A DNA stretch of 64,000 nt. Source: Syntrophorhabdales bacterium. GTDB taxonomy: Bacteria > Desulfobacterota > Syntrophorhabdia > Syntrophorhabdales > Syntrophorhabdaceae. Under the pieces are notes generated by a model. The model was not told the DNA's origin. It did not search any database and saw nothing but the letters and a program-made list of their open reading frames with translations. Shown here one piece after another: positions 11,416-21,379 of this stretch (position 1 is the first letter of the stretch; each line of letters opens with the position of its first letter). Where the stretch lies: contig JAGPMK010000001.1 of the NCBI GenBank assembly GCA_018052995.1, forward strand, positions 5,384 through 69,383, given 5' to 3'. Position numbers and translations under genes: made by a program.

Positions 11416-13245
11416 TTGGGCTTGGAACATTTTGTAAAAGACAGTAACACAATTGAGGATAGTAAGTATGTTTGGTCAAAACGTATAGTTGTCCTTATTC
11501 TTATTATACTCCTGATAAGACTCTGGGATCTCCAGATAATGAGGGGTTCAGAGATGAAGAGGCTGTCAGAGCAGAACCGCATAAGAATTAATAAGATTGT
11601 TGCGCCAAGGGGGGTCATCTATGACAGAAAGGGCAGGATCATCGCAGATACAAGGCCATCTTTTAATATATATATATCCCATGAGGATATGAAAAATTTT
11701 GATCAGACCATCGATGGGCTGACAGCGCTTATTAAGATAAGCAAGGAAGAGATCATGGAAAAACTTGAGGCCGCCAAGGGACAGCCCGCATCCTTCCCTG
11801 TTAAGATAAAATCCGATGTATCGCTGGATGATGTGGCAAAGATTGAGGCGAATAGGGTCTATCTCCCTGGTGTTAATATACAGGTAGAACCAAAGAGGTT
11901 TTATCACTATGGCAAGATGTTCGCCCACCTTGTTGGCTATGTCTCAGAGATAAGCGATGAGGAGCTTAAAAAAAAGGAATATCAGAATTATTCGCCCGGA
12001 GATTTTATAGGCAGATATGGGCTAGAGAGGTCATATGAGACCTATCTAAGGGGCGTTGATGGAGAAAAAAGGGTTGAGGTGGATTCAAGGGGCAGGGAGA
12101 TGAGGATTCTTGAGCAGAAAAACCCTATCCCAGGCAATAGCATTTATCTAAATGTGGATTTAGATATCCAGGGTGCTGTTGATAAGGCATTTGAGAACAA
12201 AAGGGGGGGCTGTATTGCTGTTGACCCCAAGACAGGGGGGGTGATTGCACTGGTGAGCAGCCCTACCTTTGATCCTAATAAATTTGTTTCAGGTATAACA
12301 AAAGAGGAGTGGCAGATAATTGCCCTTGATAAAAAACACCCATTGCAAAATAGGGTGATACAGGGAAGATACCCTCCAGGGTCTACATTCAAGATAGTCC
12401 CTGCCATAAAAGGACTTGAACTGGGTATTATAGATGAGAGGACATCCTTTTCCTGCAGGGGTGGATTCTCATACGGGGGGAGGGTATTTAGGTGCTGGAA
12501 AAAAGGGGGACATGGAAATATAAATGTCCACCGGGCAATAGTAGAATCGTGTGATGTTTTTTTCTATAACCTTGGCTTGAGATTAGGGGTTGATAGGATT
12601 CATGAGATATCAGATTTAATAGGTCTTGGCAGGGTAACAGGCATAGATCTGCCAGGAGAAAAGGATGGGCTTATCCCTTCCACCCAGTGGAAGAAAAAGG
12701 TCTATGGAAAACAATGGTTTGAGGGCGAGACAGTCTCTGTGTCCATAGGTCAGGGGGCAGTATGGCTTACGCCCATTCAGCTTGTCCAGCTTGCATCCTT
12801 TGTTGCCAATGAAGGTATTAATTATAAACCTATGATAGTGAATAGGATAGTATCACAAGAGGGGAAGGTTATAAAGACCTTTGAGCCGGTTATGAACACA
12901 GATGCAAGGCTTAAAAAAGAGACTATAAGGATAGTAAAGGATGGGATGAAGGGTGTTGTAAATGAGGGAGGCGGCACTGCCTATGGTTCACGTCTTGAGC
13001 ATATAAGTATGAGTGGTAAAACAGGAACCGCCCAGTCTGTAGGTGAAAAGGGGAAAAACCTTGGTGACCATGCCTGGTTTATAGCCTATGCACCATCGGA
13101 TAATCCTGCTATAGCAATATCTGTGCTTGTTGAGTACGGAGGCCATGGCTCCTCTGTTGCAGCCCCTGTTGCAAAGACAATAACAGAGGCAATGTTTAAG
13201 GAGAACAAAGAGATAAAAGAGGTAAGATTAAATGGGAATAGATAA
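11416..13245 (+). CDS. mrdA: Penicillin-binding protein 2 (elongasome transpeptidase)
   Basis: TM anchor, then the dimerisation domain, then transpeptidase motifs STFK (PPGSTFKIV), SCD and KTGTAQ. The start is uncertain: TTG at 11416 or TTG at 11422 after GAGGG. Confidence 0.93.
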   Translation: MGLEHFVKDSNTIEDSKYVWSKRIVVLILIILLIRLWDLQIMRGSEMKRLSEQNRIRINKIVAPRGVIYDRKGRIIADTRPSFNIYISHEDMKNFDQTIDGLTALIKISKEEIMEKLEAAKGQPASFPVKIKSDVSLDDVAKIEANRVYLPGVNIQVEPKRFYHYGKMFAHLVGYVSEISDEELKKKEYQNYSPGDFIGRYGLERSYETYLRGVDGEKRVEVDSRGREMRILEQKNPIPGNSIYLNVDLDIQGAVDKAFENKRGGCIAVDPKTGGVIALVSSPTFDPNKFVSGITKEEWQIIALDKKHPLQNRVIQGRYPPGSTFKIVPAIKGLELGIIDERTSFSCRGGFSYGGRVFRCWKKGGHGNINVHRAIVESCDVFFYNLGLRLGVDRIHEISDLIGLGRVTGIDLPGEKDGLIPSTQWKKKVYGKQWFEGETVSVSIGQGAVWLTPIQLVQLASFVANEGINYKPMIVNRIVSQEGKVIKTFEPVMNTDARLKKETIRIVKDGMKGVVNEGGGTAYGSRLEHISMSGKTGTAQSVGEKGKNLGDHAWFIAYAPSDNPAIAISVLVEYGGHGSSVAAPVAKTITEAMFKENKEIKEVRLNGNR

Positions 13246-14338
13246 AAGAAGGTTTTATCATATAGACTGGTATCTTATAATAAACGGATTTTTACTCTTT
13301 GGGGTAGGGATATTTAATCTTGTAAGTGCAACAAGCTCATTTTACAGCGGTTCTCTTAATTTCTTAATAAAACAGCTCATTGCTTTTCTGATGGGTATAG
13401 GGTTCATCTTGATAATCATACATTATGACTACAGGACAATAGTCCATCAGTCAAAATGGCTATATGGTGTTGGATTGTTTCTTGTTATCATTGTCCTCAT
13501 TATAGGTATGGCTGCAGGGGGCGCAAGGAGATGGATCAATATATTTGGCATGAATATACAGCCCTCTGAATTTATGAAGCCCATACTTATCCTGTTTCTG
13601 GCAAATATTCTGCATGAAAAGAAAAAGCATAATATGAAACTGGGGTTACGGGATATTATGCTGCCTCTGGCAGCCGTATTTATTCCAGCTATACTTGTAA
13701 TAAAACAGCCAGATCTGGGAACAGGGATTATAATAATCCTTACGAGCTTTTGCATACTGTGGTTTGTGGGTCTTAAGAGGTCAACATATGCCATACTTCT
13801 TGCCTTTGGTGTTATTTCGCCCTTTGTAGCATGGATGTATATCATGAAGCCTTATCAAAAGATGAGGATACTGAGTTTTATAAACATAGATTCAGACCCA
13901 TCTGGTTTTGGTTATCATGCAAAGCAGGCAATGATTGCAGTAGGTTCAGGTAGATTCTTTGGTAAGGGCTATATGGAGGGGACACAGCACAAGCTGCAGT
14001 TTATACCAGAACACCATACGGATTTTATTTTTACTGTTATTGGTGAGGAATGGGGTTTTTTTGGTTCTATAATATTATTTCTGCTCTTTGCGTCATTTAT
14101 ATGGAGGTGTATCAAGATTGCCCAGACAGCCCATGATGAGATAGGTGCAATAATTGCCTTTGGTGTCGGGACAATGATATTTCTCCAGTTTTCTATAAAT
14201 GTTATGATGACTATACATCTTGCCCCTGTGGTTGGTATACCACTACCTTTTATAAGCTATGGGGGGTCATCTCTTTTATCTATCCTTGCATCTGTTGGTC
14301 TTCTCTTAAATATAAACATGCGAAGATACATGTTTTAG
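13232..14338 (+). CDS. rodA: SEDS peptidoglycan polymerase RodA
   Basis: FtsW/RodA/SpoVE family. It has QPSEFMKP, HTDFIF and the C-terminal PLPFISYGGSS motif, and overlaps the mrdA end by 14 nt. Confidence 0.93.
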   Translation: MGIDKRRFYHIDWYLIINGFLLFGVGIFNLVSATSSFYSGSLNFLIKQLIAFLMGIGFILIIIHYDYRTIVHQSKWLYGVGLFLVIIVLIIGMAAGGARRWINIFGMNIQPSEFMKPILILFLANILHEKKKHNMKLGLRDIMLPLAAVFIPAILVIKQPDLGTGIIIILTSFCILWFVGLKRSTYAILLAFGVISPFVAWMYIMKPYQKMRILSFINIDSDPSGFGYHAKQAMIAVGSGRFFGKGYMEGTQHKLQFIPEHHTDFIFTVIGEEWGFFGSIILFLLFASFIWRCIKIAQTAHDEIGAIIAFGVGTMIFLQFSINVMMTIHLAPVVGIPLPFISYGGSSLLSILASVGLLLNINMRRYMF

Positions 14339-14367
14339 AGACAGATGGAACATAATCTAAAAATTTC

Positions 14368-14396
14368 TTGACAAATTACATCTATCAAGGTAGAAG
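14368..14396 (+). promoter_or_regulatory. Putative promoter of the TRAP-1 operon (TTGACA-17-TAGAAG)
   Basis: TTGACA at 14368-14373, 17-nt spacer, TAGAAG at 14391-14396, about 120 nt upstream of dctP. Confidence 0.35.
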
Positions 14397-14517
14397 TTTG
14401 AATACAGTATACAAAATAACCTACTGATAAAAAGACATAAAGAGAGGGGGGTGATAATTCAAATACATAATCTTCGTTAATATCTTTCATTAAAATTTAA
14501 AAAATAGGGGGTGTAAT

Positions 14518-15549
14518 ATGAAGTTCAAAAAATTACTTTTTTTATTAACAGTAGTAGTATTTGTTTTATCTATCCAGATAGCTATCCCTAAGATAGTGTC
14601 AAGCCAAACAATAACGCTTAAGTATGCAAATTTTCCTCCTGCTCAGACATTTCCATGTGTGCAGATGGAACGATGGGCAAAAGAGGTGGAAAAGAGGACA
14701 AATGGAAAGGTGAAGATTCAGACCTTCCCTGGGGGGACACTTCTGCCGGCAAAAAATATCTTTGATGGTGTGATATCAGGCACAGCAGATATAGGAAATT
14801 TTGCCATGAGTTATCAGCCAGGAAGATTCCCTGTCTCTGAGGCGATAGACCTTCCCATTGGCTTTAATAGTGCAAAAGCGGCGAGCATGGCCCTTTTTGA
14901 CCTAATTGAAAAATACCAACCTAAAGAATTTGAAAAGGTAAAGGTTTTGACACTCTTTACTTGTCCACCAGCTGACCTTATGACAAAAACACCGGTTAAG
15001 ACCTTAAAAGATCTCAAGGGGATGGAGCTTAGGGCATCAGGGACAGGGGCAGAGGTTCTAAAACGTCTTGGGGCAACGCCTATAGGAATGCCACAGTCAG
15101 AGGCACCAGAGGCAATACAGAAGGGTATCGTAAAAGGTAATGTTTCTTCTATGGAAATCTTGAAAGACTTTAACTTTGCAGCTTATCTGCCTTATGCCAC
15201 AGAGGCAAATCTTTTTGTTGTATCATTTGCAGTGGTTATGAATAAAGATAAATGGAATTCGTTGCCGCAGGATATAAAGAAGGTCTTTGATGATTTAAGA
15301 CGTGAACAGTCAGAGTGGACAGGCAAATATGTGGATGACCATGTAAGGGAATCGCTCCAATGGTCAAAACAAAAATATAATCATCAGCTACTCAAGTTAT
15401 CAAAAGAGGATATGAATGAGATTGCGCGTCTCACAAAACCTATGATCGATGACTACATAAAGAAGGCAAACAGCATGGGTCTCCCAGGCGAACAGATTAT
15501 AAAAGATGTATATAATTTGAAGGCAAAATACGAGCAGATCTATAAGTAA
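14518..15549 (+). CDS. dctP: TRAP transporter substrate-binding protein (DctP family)
   Basis: Signal peptide, then a DctP-type sequence (KYANFPPAQTFP...EVEKRTNGKVKIQTFPGGTL). It is followed by Q and M subunit genes. Substrate unknown. Confidence 0.88.
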   Translation: MKFKKLLFLLTVVVFVLSIQIAIPKIVSSQTITLKYANFPPAQTFPCVQMERWAKEVEKRTNGKVKIQTFPGGTLLPAKNIFDGVISGTADIGNFAMSYQPGRFPVSEAIDLPIGFNSAKAASMALFDLIEKYQPKEFEKVKVLTLFTCPPADLMTKTPVKTLKDLKGMELRASGTGAEVLKRLGATPIGMPQSEAPEAIQKGIVKGNVSSMEILKDFNFAAYLPYATEANLFVVSFAVVMNKDKWNSLPQDIKKVFDDLRREQSEWTGKYVDDHVRESLQWSKQKYNHQLLKLSKEDMNEIARLTKPMIDDYIKKANSMGLPGEQIIKDVYNLKAKYEQIYK

Positions 15550-15560
15550 AGATAGTAAAA

Positions 15561-15589
15561 AAGGTGCCCGTGAAGGGCACCTTTTTTTA
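15561..15589 (+). terminator. Rho-independent terminator/attenuator between dctP and dctQ
   Basis: AAGGTGCCC-GTGAA-GGGCACCTT followed by a T7 run. Confidence 0.7.
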
Positions 15590-15628
15590 ACAAAGAAAAT
15601 TGTATACAATTTTTTTTTGGAGGCAAAG

Positions 15629-16114
15629 ATGAAATACCTTACAGCAATCAGTGATTTTCTGAATAAAATCTTTATGGTTCTTGGTGCGATATCTGTTCTT
15701 GCACTAATGGTGCTAGCAACAGGCAATGTAGTTCTCAGAATTTTTAGTGCCCCCTTTGGCGGTGCATACGAGATTGTATCCTTTATAGGGGCTATCGTTA
15801 TTGCCTTTGCCCTTGGTTACACACAGCAGAGGAAGAATCATATTGTGGTTGATATACTTACTGAAAGGTTTCCAAAAAAGATTCATAAGGTCCTTGATAT
15901 AATAAATTATTTTATAACAATGATCTTTTTTAGCTTGATTTCATGGCAGATATTTCTTTATGGAGTAAAGGTATGGAGATCTGGCGAACTTTCAGAGACC
16001 CTTAAGGTCATCTATCATCCTTTTGTATTTTGTGTTGCCTTAGGATTTGCTGTATTTTCTTTCACATTACTCATTGATTTACTGAAATCACTACTACTGA
16101 AAGAGGAGAATTAA
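15629..16114 (+). CDS. dctQ: TRAP transporter small permease (DctQ family)
   Basis: ATG at 15629 preceded by GGAGG. It is a 161-aa protein with four TM segments, sitting between the P and M subunit genes. Confidence 0.8.
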   Translation: MKYLTAISDFLNKIFMVLGAISVLALMVLATGNVVLRIFSAPFGGAYEIVSFIGAIVIAFALGYTQQRKNHIVVDILTERFPKKIHKVLDIINYFITMIFFSLISWQIFLYGVKVWRSGELSETLKVIYHPFVFCVALGFAVFSFTLLIDLLKSLLLKEEN

Positions 16115-16116
16115 TC

Positions 16117-17424
16117 ATGGAAGGCCCAATACTTGGTATTGTTGGTATATTTGTAATGTTTGCAATCCTTTTTTTGTTTAAGATACCAGCTGCATTTACT
16201 ATGGCTTTAGTAGGCTTTCTCGGGGTTGCATATGTTACTGATTTTAAGGCTGCATTGGGCATGATAGGCCCTGATCTCTGGAATATCTTTTCAAATTATG
16301 GGCTTACTGTTATCCCGATGTTTATTCTGGTTGGGGAGTTTGCCCACTATGGAGGATATAATAATAGTCTATACAGCGCTACCTATAAATGGTTTGGGCA
16401 CTATAAAGGCGGGCTTGCCATAACAACTATTATGGCATGTGCTATATTCTCAGCAATCAGCGGTTCCAATACTGCAACTGCTGCCACTATGAGTAATGTG
16501 GCAGTGCCTGAGATGAAAAAATACAACTATCATCAACAATTAAATGCAGGGGCTGTTGCTGCAGGTGCAACCCTTGGCGTCCTTATACCACCAAGTATAG
16601 TCCTGGTGGTTTATGGTCTATATACAGGTCAATCAATAGGGAAACTTTTTTTTGGCAATGTCATCCCGAGTGCAATCCTAACCATTTTTATTGCCGCCAC
16701 AGTAATCTTTATATGCTGGAGACACCCTGATTGGGGACCAAAGGGACCTAAAAGTTCATGGAAAGAAAGATTTAAGGCCCTTCCAGACTTAATTGATATC
16801 TTTGTACTTTTCGCAATCATTATGTTTGCCCTATTTACAGGCGTTGTTACTGCCACAGAGGCTGCAGCGGCAAGCTGTGCATTAGGCCTTATTTTATGTC
16901 TCATCCGCAAAAAAATAACCCTTAAAGGCTTTTTGGCATCTTTAAATGATACGCTTCGTATATCCTGCCTTGTTTTTATGATTGTTGCAGGGGCTGTAAT
17001 TTTTAGCCGTTTTCTCGCCATTACAAGACTGCCATTTGAGGCAGCAAACATGATAAGCGCACTTCAGCTTCCCAACTGGGTGCTTTTCTGGATTATAATA
17101 CTCTGCTATATAATCGGTGGATGCGTAATGGATGCCCTTGCCTTTCTTTTAATATCTCTTCCTATCTTTTATCCAATTGTTATGGCAATGGGGTATGACC
17201 CTATATGGTTCGGTCAGGTTATATGTATTGTAACTACAATGGGTTCAATAATGCCCCCTATAGGGATATGCTGTTATGTTGTGGCTGGTATGGCTAAGGA
17301 TATCCCCCTTGCCACAGTTTTCAGGGGGGCAATGTACTATATTCCCTCCTATATATTATCTATAATAGTGCTTATGTTGTTTCCTTATGCAACTGTGCTT
17401 ATATTGTCTAATATTGTAAGGTAA
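16117..17424 (+). CDS. dctM: TRAP transporter large permease (DctM family)
   Basis: 435-aa polytopic membrane protein. It shows clear similarity to the second DctM in this window (62687-63991). Confidence 0.9.
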   Translation: MEGPILGIVGIFVMFAILFLFKIPAAFTMALVGFLGVAYVTDFKAALGMIGPDLWNIFSNYGLTVIPMFILVGEFAHYGGYNNSLYSATYKWFGHYKGGLAITTIMACAIFSAISGSNTATAATMSNVAVPEMKKYNYHQQLNAGAVAAGATLGVLIPPSIVLVVYGLYTGQSIGKLFFGNVIPSAILTIFIAATVIFICWRHPDWGPKGPKSSWKERFKALPDLIDIFVLFAIIMFALFTGVVTATEAAAASCALGLILCLIRKKITLKGFLASLNDTLRISCLVFMIVAGAVIFSRFLAITRLPFEAANMISALQLPNWVLFWIIILCYIIGGCVMDALAFLLISLPIFYPIVMAMGYDPIWFGQVICIVTTMGSIMPPIGICCYVVAGMAKDIPLATVFRGAMYYIPSYILSIIVLMLFPYATVLILSNIVR

Positions 17425-17568
17425 GACAAGGCAAGACCCCTTGCAAAATCTTGTGAAGGTCTTGTGTGCGAGGTTTCGCAAAGGGTCTCTTGTATTAACT
17501 GTATTTTTCAGGCCATTATTTTGCCCTAAAGATTTGTTGTTGTATTAAACCCACCTCCAGATATATTA

Positions 17569-18336
17569 TCATGCCTTGCAAATAAGGCGCTGTGGGTCTA
17601 CCTCATTTCTCAAAATCATAAGCTCTAACTCTGTGGGGGCTGCAGCCTGTCTTGCCTTTGATACATCTATATTAAAACCAGTATTCTCGATTATCTTATC
17701 TATGGTTACACCAGGATAATACTCATCAAGATACATCTCCTTGGTAGTATCATCAAAACGCATTATCCCAAGATTTGTAACCACAGCGAGGGCACCACCC
17801 CGTATAAGCCCAAGTTTTTGTCTTGTATCGCCTCCTTTATACCAGCCAACGCTGGTGAGGTAGTCGAGTTTTTCCACAAACCTTCTCTTTTCATGCAGCA
17901 TAAAAGTTATAACCCCTGAGGCAAAGGATGCTACGTCACAGGCACCCCCGCTTCCTGAGAATCTTGTCTTAGGCCTATGGTAATCCCCTATGGATGTTGT
18001 ATTGAGGTTGCCATATTTATCAATCTGGGCAGCACCAAGGAATGCTATTGTATGGAGCTTTCTGTGTCCCACTATAGAGAATGCCTCTATAAGCCCTGAG
18101 TTTAAACATGTCCCGCTCATTACCCGGAGGTCTGATACTGCCATGGGTATCTCATCAAGAGAAGGATCAATACCGCCGGTTTCAAAAAAGATGACAGCCC
18201 TTGGTGCATATATCCTTTTTGCAGCTGTGGCAGCAAGCATGGAGACCCCTGTCCCCGCAAAGACAATATCACCGTCTTTTATAAAACGCCCTGCACTGAT
18301 TGCCATCATTTCATTATCTGAATATTCTAAAGCCAT
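17569..18336 (-). CDS. CoA-transferase subunit B (glutaconate / 3-oxoacid CoA-transferase family)
   Basis: 255 aa. The features MISAGRFIKDGDIVFAGTG and FETGG with SGSGGACD are typical of beta subunits. It lies directly downstream of the subunit A gene. Confidence 0.85.
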   Translation of the reverse strand: MALEYSDNEMMAISAGRFIKDGDIVFAGTGVSMLAATAAKRIYAPRAVIFFETGGIDPSLDEIPMAVSDLRVMSGTCLNSGLIEAFSIVGHRKLHTIAFLGAAQIDKYGNLNTTSIGDYHRPKTRFSGSGGACDVASFASGVITFMLHEKRRFVEKLDYLTSVGWYKGGDTRQKLGLIRGGALAVVTNLGIMRFDDTTKEMYLDEYYPGVTIDKIIENTGFNIDVSKARQAAAPTELELMILRNEVDPQRLICKA

Positions 18337-18375
18337 TTTTTACCCTCCCTTATTTCTATCTCCATTATACTTTGA

Positions 18376-19353
18376 TTATCTTCTGTCCAGACCCACTGCA
18401 TAACCAAGGACAGGATTTGCCTTTATCTTGAGAAGCATATTGCTGCCGATTTTATTAAGATATTCCTCATGATTTTTTACGCCATATACCCATTCATCAA
18501 GATACTCTTTAAATTTATTGTCATCCTCTGCAAGTACTTTATACATATTTAGATGCTTCGGGTCATAATCATAGAAGCCAAAACACCCTGTTGGATGGGC
18601 TCCGTATGGTAGTCTAATAATGGCATCCACAAAAAAGGGTGGTAGGGAGTTCTGGTCAGGGTCAAGCCTTATAAAAGAGCGTGGAACAATCTCCTCACAT
18701 GTTACTATCACAATATCTGCGGATTTTGCCTGTTCAATATCTGCAAATGTCAGACCCTTTATGCGCACCGTGCCATCTTCTCCTATATATTGGACATGGA
18801 TAAGCGCCACATCCGGGGTAAGGGCTGGCAAAAGTACCATCTCATCCTTATCTTCAGTAAATGGGTTCTGCATCACTGCCAATTTTTTTCTTGCCACCTT
18901 TCTTTCCTTCCTTATCTCTTTTGAGAAACCTTCAAGGTTTAATAAATCTGAGCCAAGGCCTGACTTGGTAGGTATAAAAGGAATATTTAATGCCCCGGCA
19001 AGAAATCTTAGACTCATCTGATAGTTGGAATAGTCCTCAAATTCTATCCCACCTTGCTGGATTGCCTTTTTAAATCGTATACAGGTGGGGGCATATCTGC
19101 CATTTCCGCCGTATGCAATCTCAAGCCTTTTGACGCATCCTGCCCCTATAAGGACATCAAGTGCCTGCCCATGGGAATGACAGACAATGTGAAGGTCTTT
19201 TATCCCCTGTCTGATGATTTCATAGGCAACTGCCATAGGATTTCTGACAATAGTAAAGCCTCCAAGGGCAATCTGGCTGCCATTTTTTATAAATCTTCTA
19301 ACTGCATCATCGAGATTCATTAGTTTATCGGCAATCTCCATGTTATTCCCCAT
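18376..19353 (-). CDS. CoA-transferase subunit A (glutaconate CoA-transferase GctA-like)
   Basis: Start set to the ATG at 19353, with GGAGGGG 5 nt upstream. The track's TTG at 19365 lies inside that SD. Family I CoA-transferase alpha-like sequence (LDDAVRRFIKNGSQIALGGF...). Confidence 0.85.
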   Translation of the reverse strand: MGNNMEIADKLMNLDDAVRRFIKNGSQIALGGFTIVRNPMAVAYEIIRQGIKDLHIVCHSHGQALDVLIGAGCVKRLEIAYGGNGRYAPTCIRFKKAIQQGGIEFEDYSNYQMSLRFLAGALNIPFIPTKSGLGSDLLNLEGFSKEIRKERKVARKKLAVMQNPFTEDKDEMVLLPALTPDVALIHVQYIGEDGTVRIKGLTFADIEQAKSADIVIVTCEEIVPRSFIRLDPDQNSLPPFFVDAIIRLPYGAHPTGCFGFYDYDPKHLNMYKVLAEDDNKFKEYLDEWVYGVKNHEEYLNKIGSNMLLKIKANPVLGYAVGLDRR

Positions 19354-19689
19354 TATCCCCTCCAAATTATATTTAGATATTTTTGATTTAATAGTATTAT
19401 CGTCTTTTCCAGAGACCCCATTTAGCTATTGTAATTTTAGATTACCTTAGCTATCTATTTAGCATTATGAATAGATTAAGGTCAAGCCCTTTTATTTTTA
19501 AATAAGCCAAATTGCCCTGTTATCAAAAACATGATAAATCCACAGGTTGGAATCATCCCGTGCAGCATCTCTGTGTTTATCTTTCATTGCTATGCCGCTG
19601 CGACCAATTTTTGGATAAACCCCTGATTTTATCACCATATGAGGTGCTTGCTACAAATATCTATCTATATTTTTTGTGATTTTCAAAGA

Positions 19690-19728
19690 AATAGATCCTC
19701 AATAAATTCTAAATATAGAATAGATCCT
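19690..19728. repeat. Two copies of the 10-bp direct repeat AATAGATCCT, 29 bp apart, in the divergent promoter region
   Basis: Exact copies at 19690-19699 and 19719-19728, read directly from the sequence. Confidence 0.6.
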
Positions 19729-19887
19729 TGCAAATGATAAGCCCAAATGGCAAAAAGTTAAAAAACCATTGACAACTTTAGCATAAAATGATACCTAACA
19801 GAATAATAAGTAACTTTAAATAATTGAAATTAACTTTGTTTTGGAATATTGAGACAAGCCTAAGACAATTAAAAAAGGAGGGAGGAT

Positions 19888-20901
19888 ATGGGTATTGATT
19901 CAATGTTTGATAAGGATAGGAAGATTAAAAGACGTGATTTTCTAAAGCTCGCAGGCGCTGCTGGGGGCGCAATGATTTTCAGCAACCCAACCCATGTTTT
20001 TGGTCAGGACAAAAAGAGGATCTCTATTGCAACAGGTGGGATGGGAGGCGTCTATTTTGTTATGGGCGGTGGCATTGCAAGCCTTGCAACAAAATATGCA
20101 GGTGTTGAGGCTGCAGCAGAGGTTACCGCCGCATCGGTTGATAACTGTAAACTACTTGCAGCTAAAAAGGCAGACTTTGGATTTATTATGGGTGATACAG
20201 GTTATGATGCCTTCAAGGGGGTAGGTCACTTCAAGGGCAAACCTCTCCCAGTTAGAACAGCCGCGGTTCTGTATCCAAATCTTATGCATGTGGTGACTGT
20301 AGAGGGTAAGGGCATAAAAAAGGTATCAGACCTTAAGGGAAAAAGGGTCTCTACAGGTGCGCCTGGAAGCGGGACAGAGGTGAAGGCATTGAGGGTGCTT
20401 GAGGCAGCAGGCATAAACCCTGATAAGGATATAAAAAAAGACAGGCTTGGCGCAGGAGAATCAGCAGGGGCATTGAAGGATGGCAAGATAGACGCATATT
20501 TCTGGGATGGTGGTGTCCCAACCTCCTCTGTCCTGGACCTCGCAGCATCCCCAGGGATTAAGATGGTTCTTATCTCACACGATGAGCTTATCCCCAAGAT
20601 GGTTCAGAAATATGGACCTGTATATTATAAATCTGTTATTCCAAAAAAGGTATACACAGGGATTGAATACGACACAGCCGTAGCCGCAGTTGGTAACCTT
20701 TTGATGTGCCATCAGGATTTGGACGAAAAGATTGTTTATAATGTTCTTAAGGCAATATTTGACCATCTAAAAGAGCTTGTAGCAATACATAAAGAGGCGC
20801 TAAACATAAACCTAAAAGATGGTGCGTCCAATAAAGCAGTTCCTTATCATAAGGGTGCGCAGAAATTCTTTAAAGAAAAAGGGTTCAACGTCCCTGTTTG
20901 A
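19888..20901 (+). CDS. TAXI-family TRAP transporter solute receptor with a twin-arginine signal peptide
   Basis: RRDFLKLAGAAGGAMIF Tat motif. The TAXI hallmark ATGGMGGVYFVMGGGIA is present. SD AAGGAGGGAGG. Confidence 0.85.
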   Translation: MGIDSMFDKDRKIKRRDFLKLAGAAGGAMIFSNPTHVFGQDKKRISIATGGMGGVYFVMGGGIASLATKYAGVEAAAEVTAASVDNCKLLAAKKADFGFIMGDTGYDAFKGVGHFKGKPLPVRTAAVLYPNLMHVVTVEGKGIKKVSDLKGKRVSTGAPGSGTEVKALRVLEAAGINPDKDIKKDRLGAGESAGALKDGKIDAYFWDGGVPTSSVLDLAASPGIKMVLISHDELIPKMVQKYGPVYYKSVIPKKVYTGIEYDTAVAAVGNLLMCHQDLDEKIVYNVLKAIFDHLKELVAIHKEALNINLKDGASNKAVPYHKGAQKFFKEKGFNVPV

Positions 20902-20908
20902 TACATAT

Positions 20909-21376
20909 ATGGGATACAGGCTAAAAAAAACTATCCTGTATCCCTTTATTTTCTGTTTATTCTGTCTTCTTCTCTTTGGTTATATTGTAAGGATTCAAGT
21001 CCTTGAGATCGGGGAAGGCGGCAAACCGATAAGGATTCGCAATAGAGATATTGTCACCCTTCAATACACCCATTCAATGTATGGTGTAACAGTAAAAGAG
21101 AGGCTTATTGTTGATGAAGGCAGGCTTATCCTTTATCATGTTGATACAAATGATGCTGCCCTTGAATATTTTGGCATAGAAGGGAAGGAGAAGTATAACG
21201 TAAGGGTTGATATAAAGGGGATCGGTATACCTAAGGATAGTATTGGAAACCACATATTATATCTTAGAGATAAGGCGCTAAAGATCTCTCAATACAATGA
21301 CCTGCAAGGAATTATCCACATAAGATTAAGAAAAATTCCACTGATAGTGTTCCTTATATCCTATGTATGGAGGTAA
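20909..21376 (+). CDS. DUF1850-like small protein commonly found in TAXI-TRAP operons
   Basis: Start trimmed to the ATG at 20909 (MGYRLKKTILYPFIFCLFCLLLFGY..., an N-terminal TM segment). It contains the YTHSMYGVTVKE segment and sits between the TAXI receptor and the fused permease. Confidence 0.65.
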   Translation: MGYRLKKTILYPFIFCLFCLLLFGYIVRIQVLEIGEGGKPIRIRNRDIVTLQYTHSMYGVTVKERLIVDEGRLILYHVDTNDAALEYFGIEGKEKYNVRVDIKGIGIPKDSIGNHILYLRDKALKISQYNDLQGIIHIRLRKIPLIVFLISYVWR

Positions 21377-21379
21377 TCT

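Noticed and set aside
19770-19800. TTGACA at about 19770 as the TAXI-operon promoter.
   Set aside because: The best -10 at 17-nt spacing is TACCTA, which is a poor match. It is mentioned in a finding, but the evidence is too weak to list as a feature.
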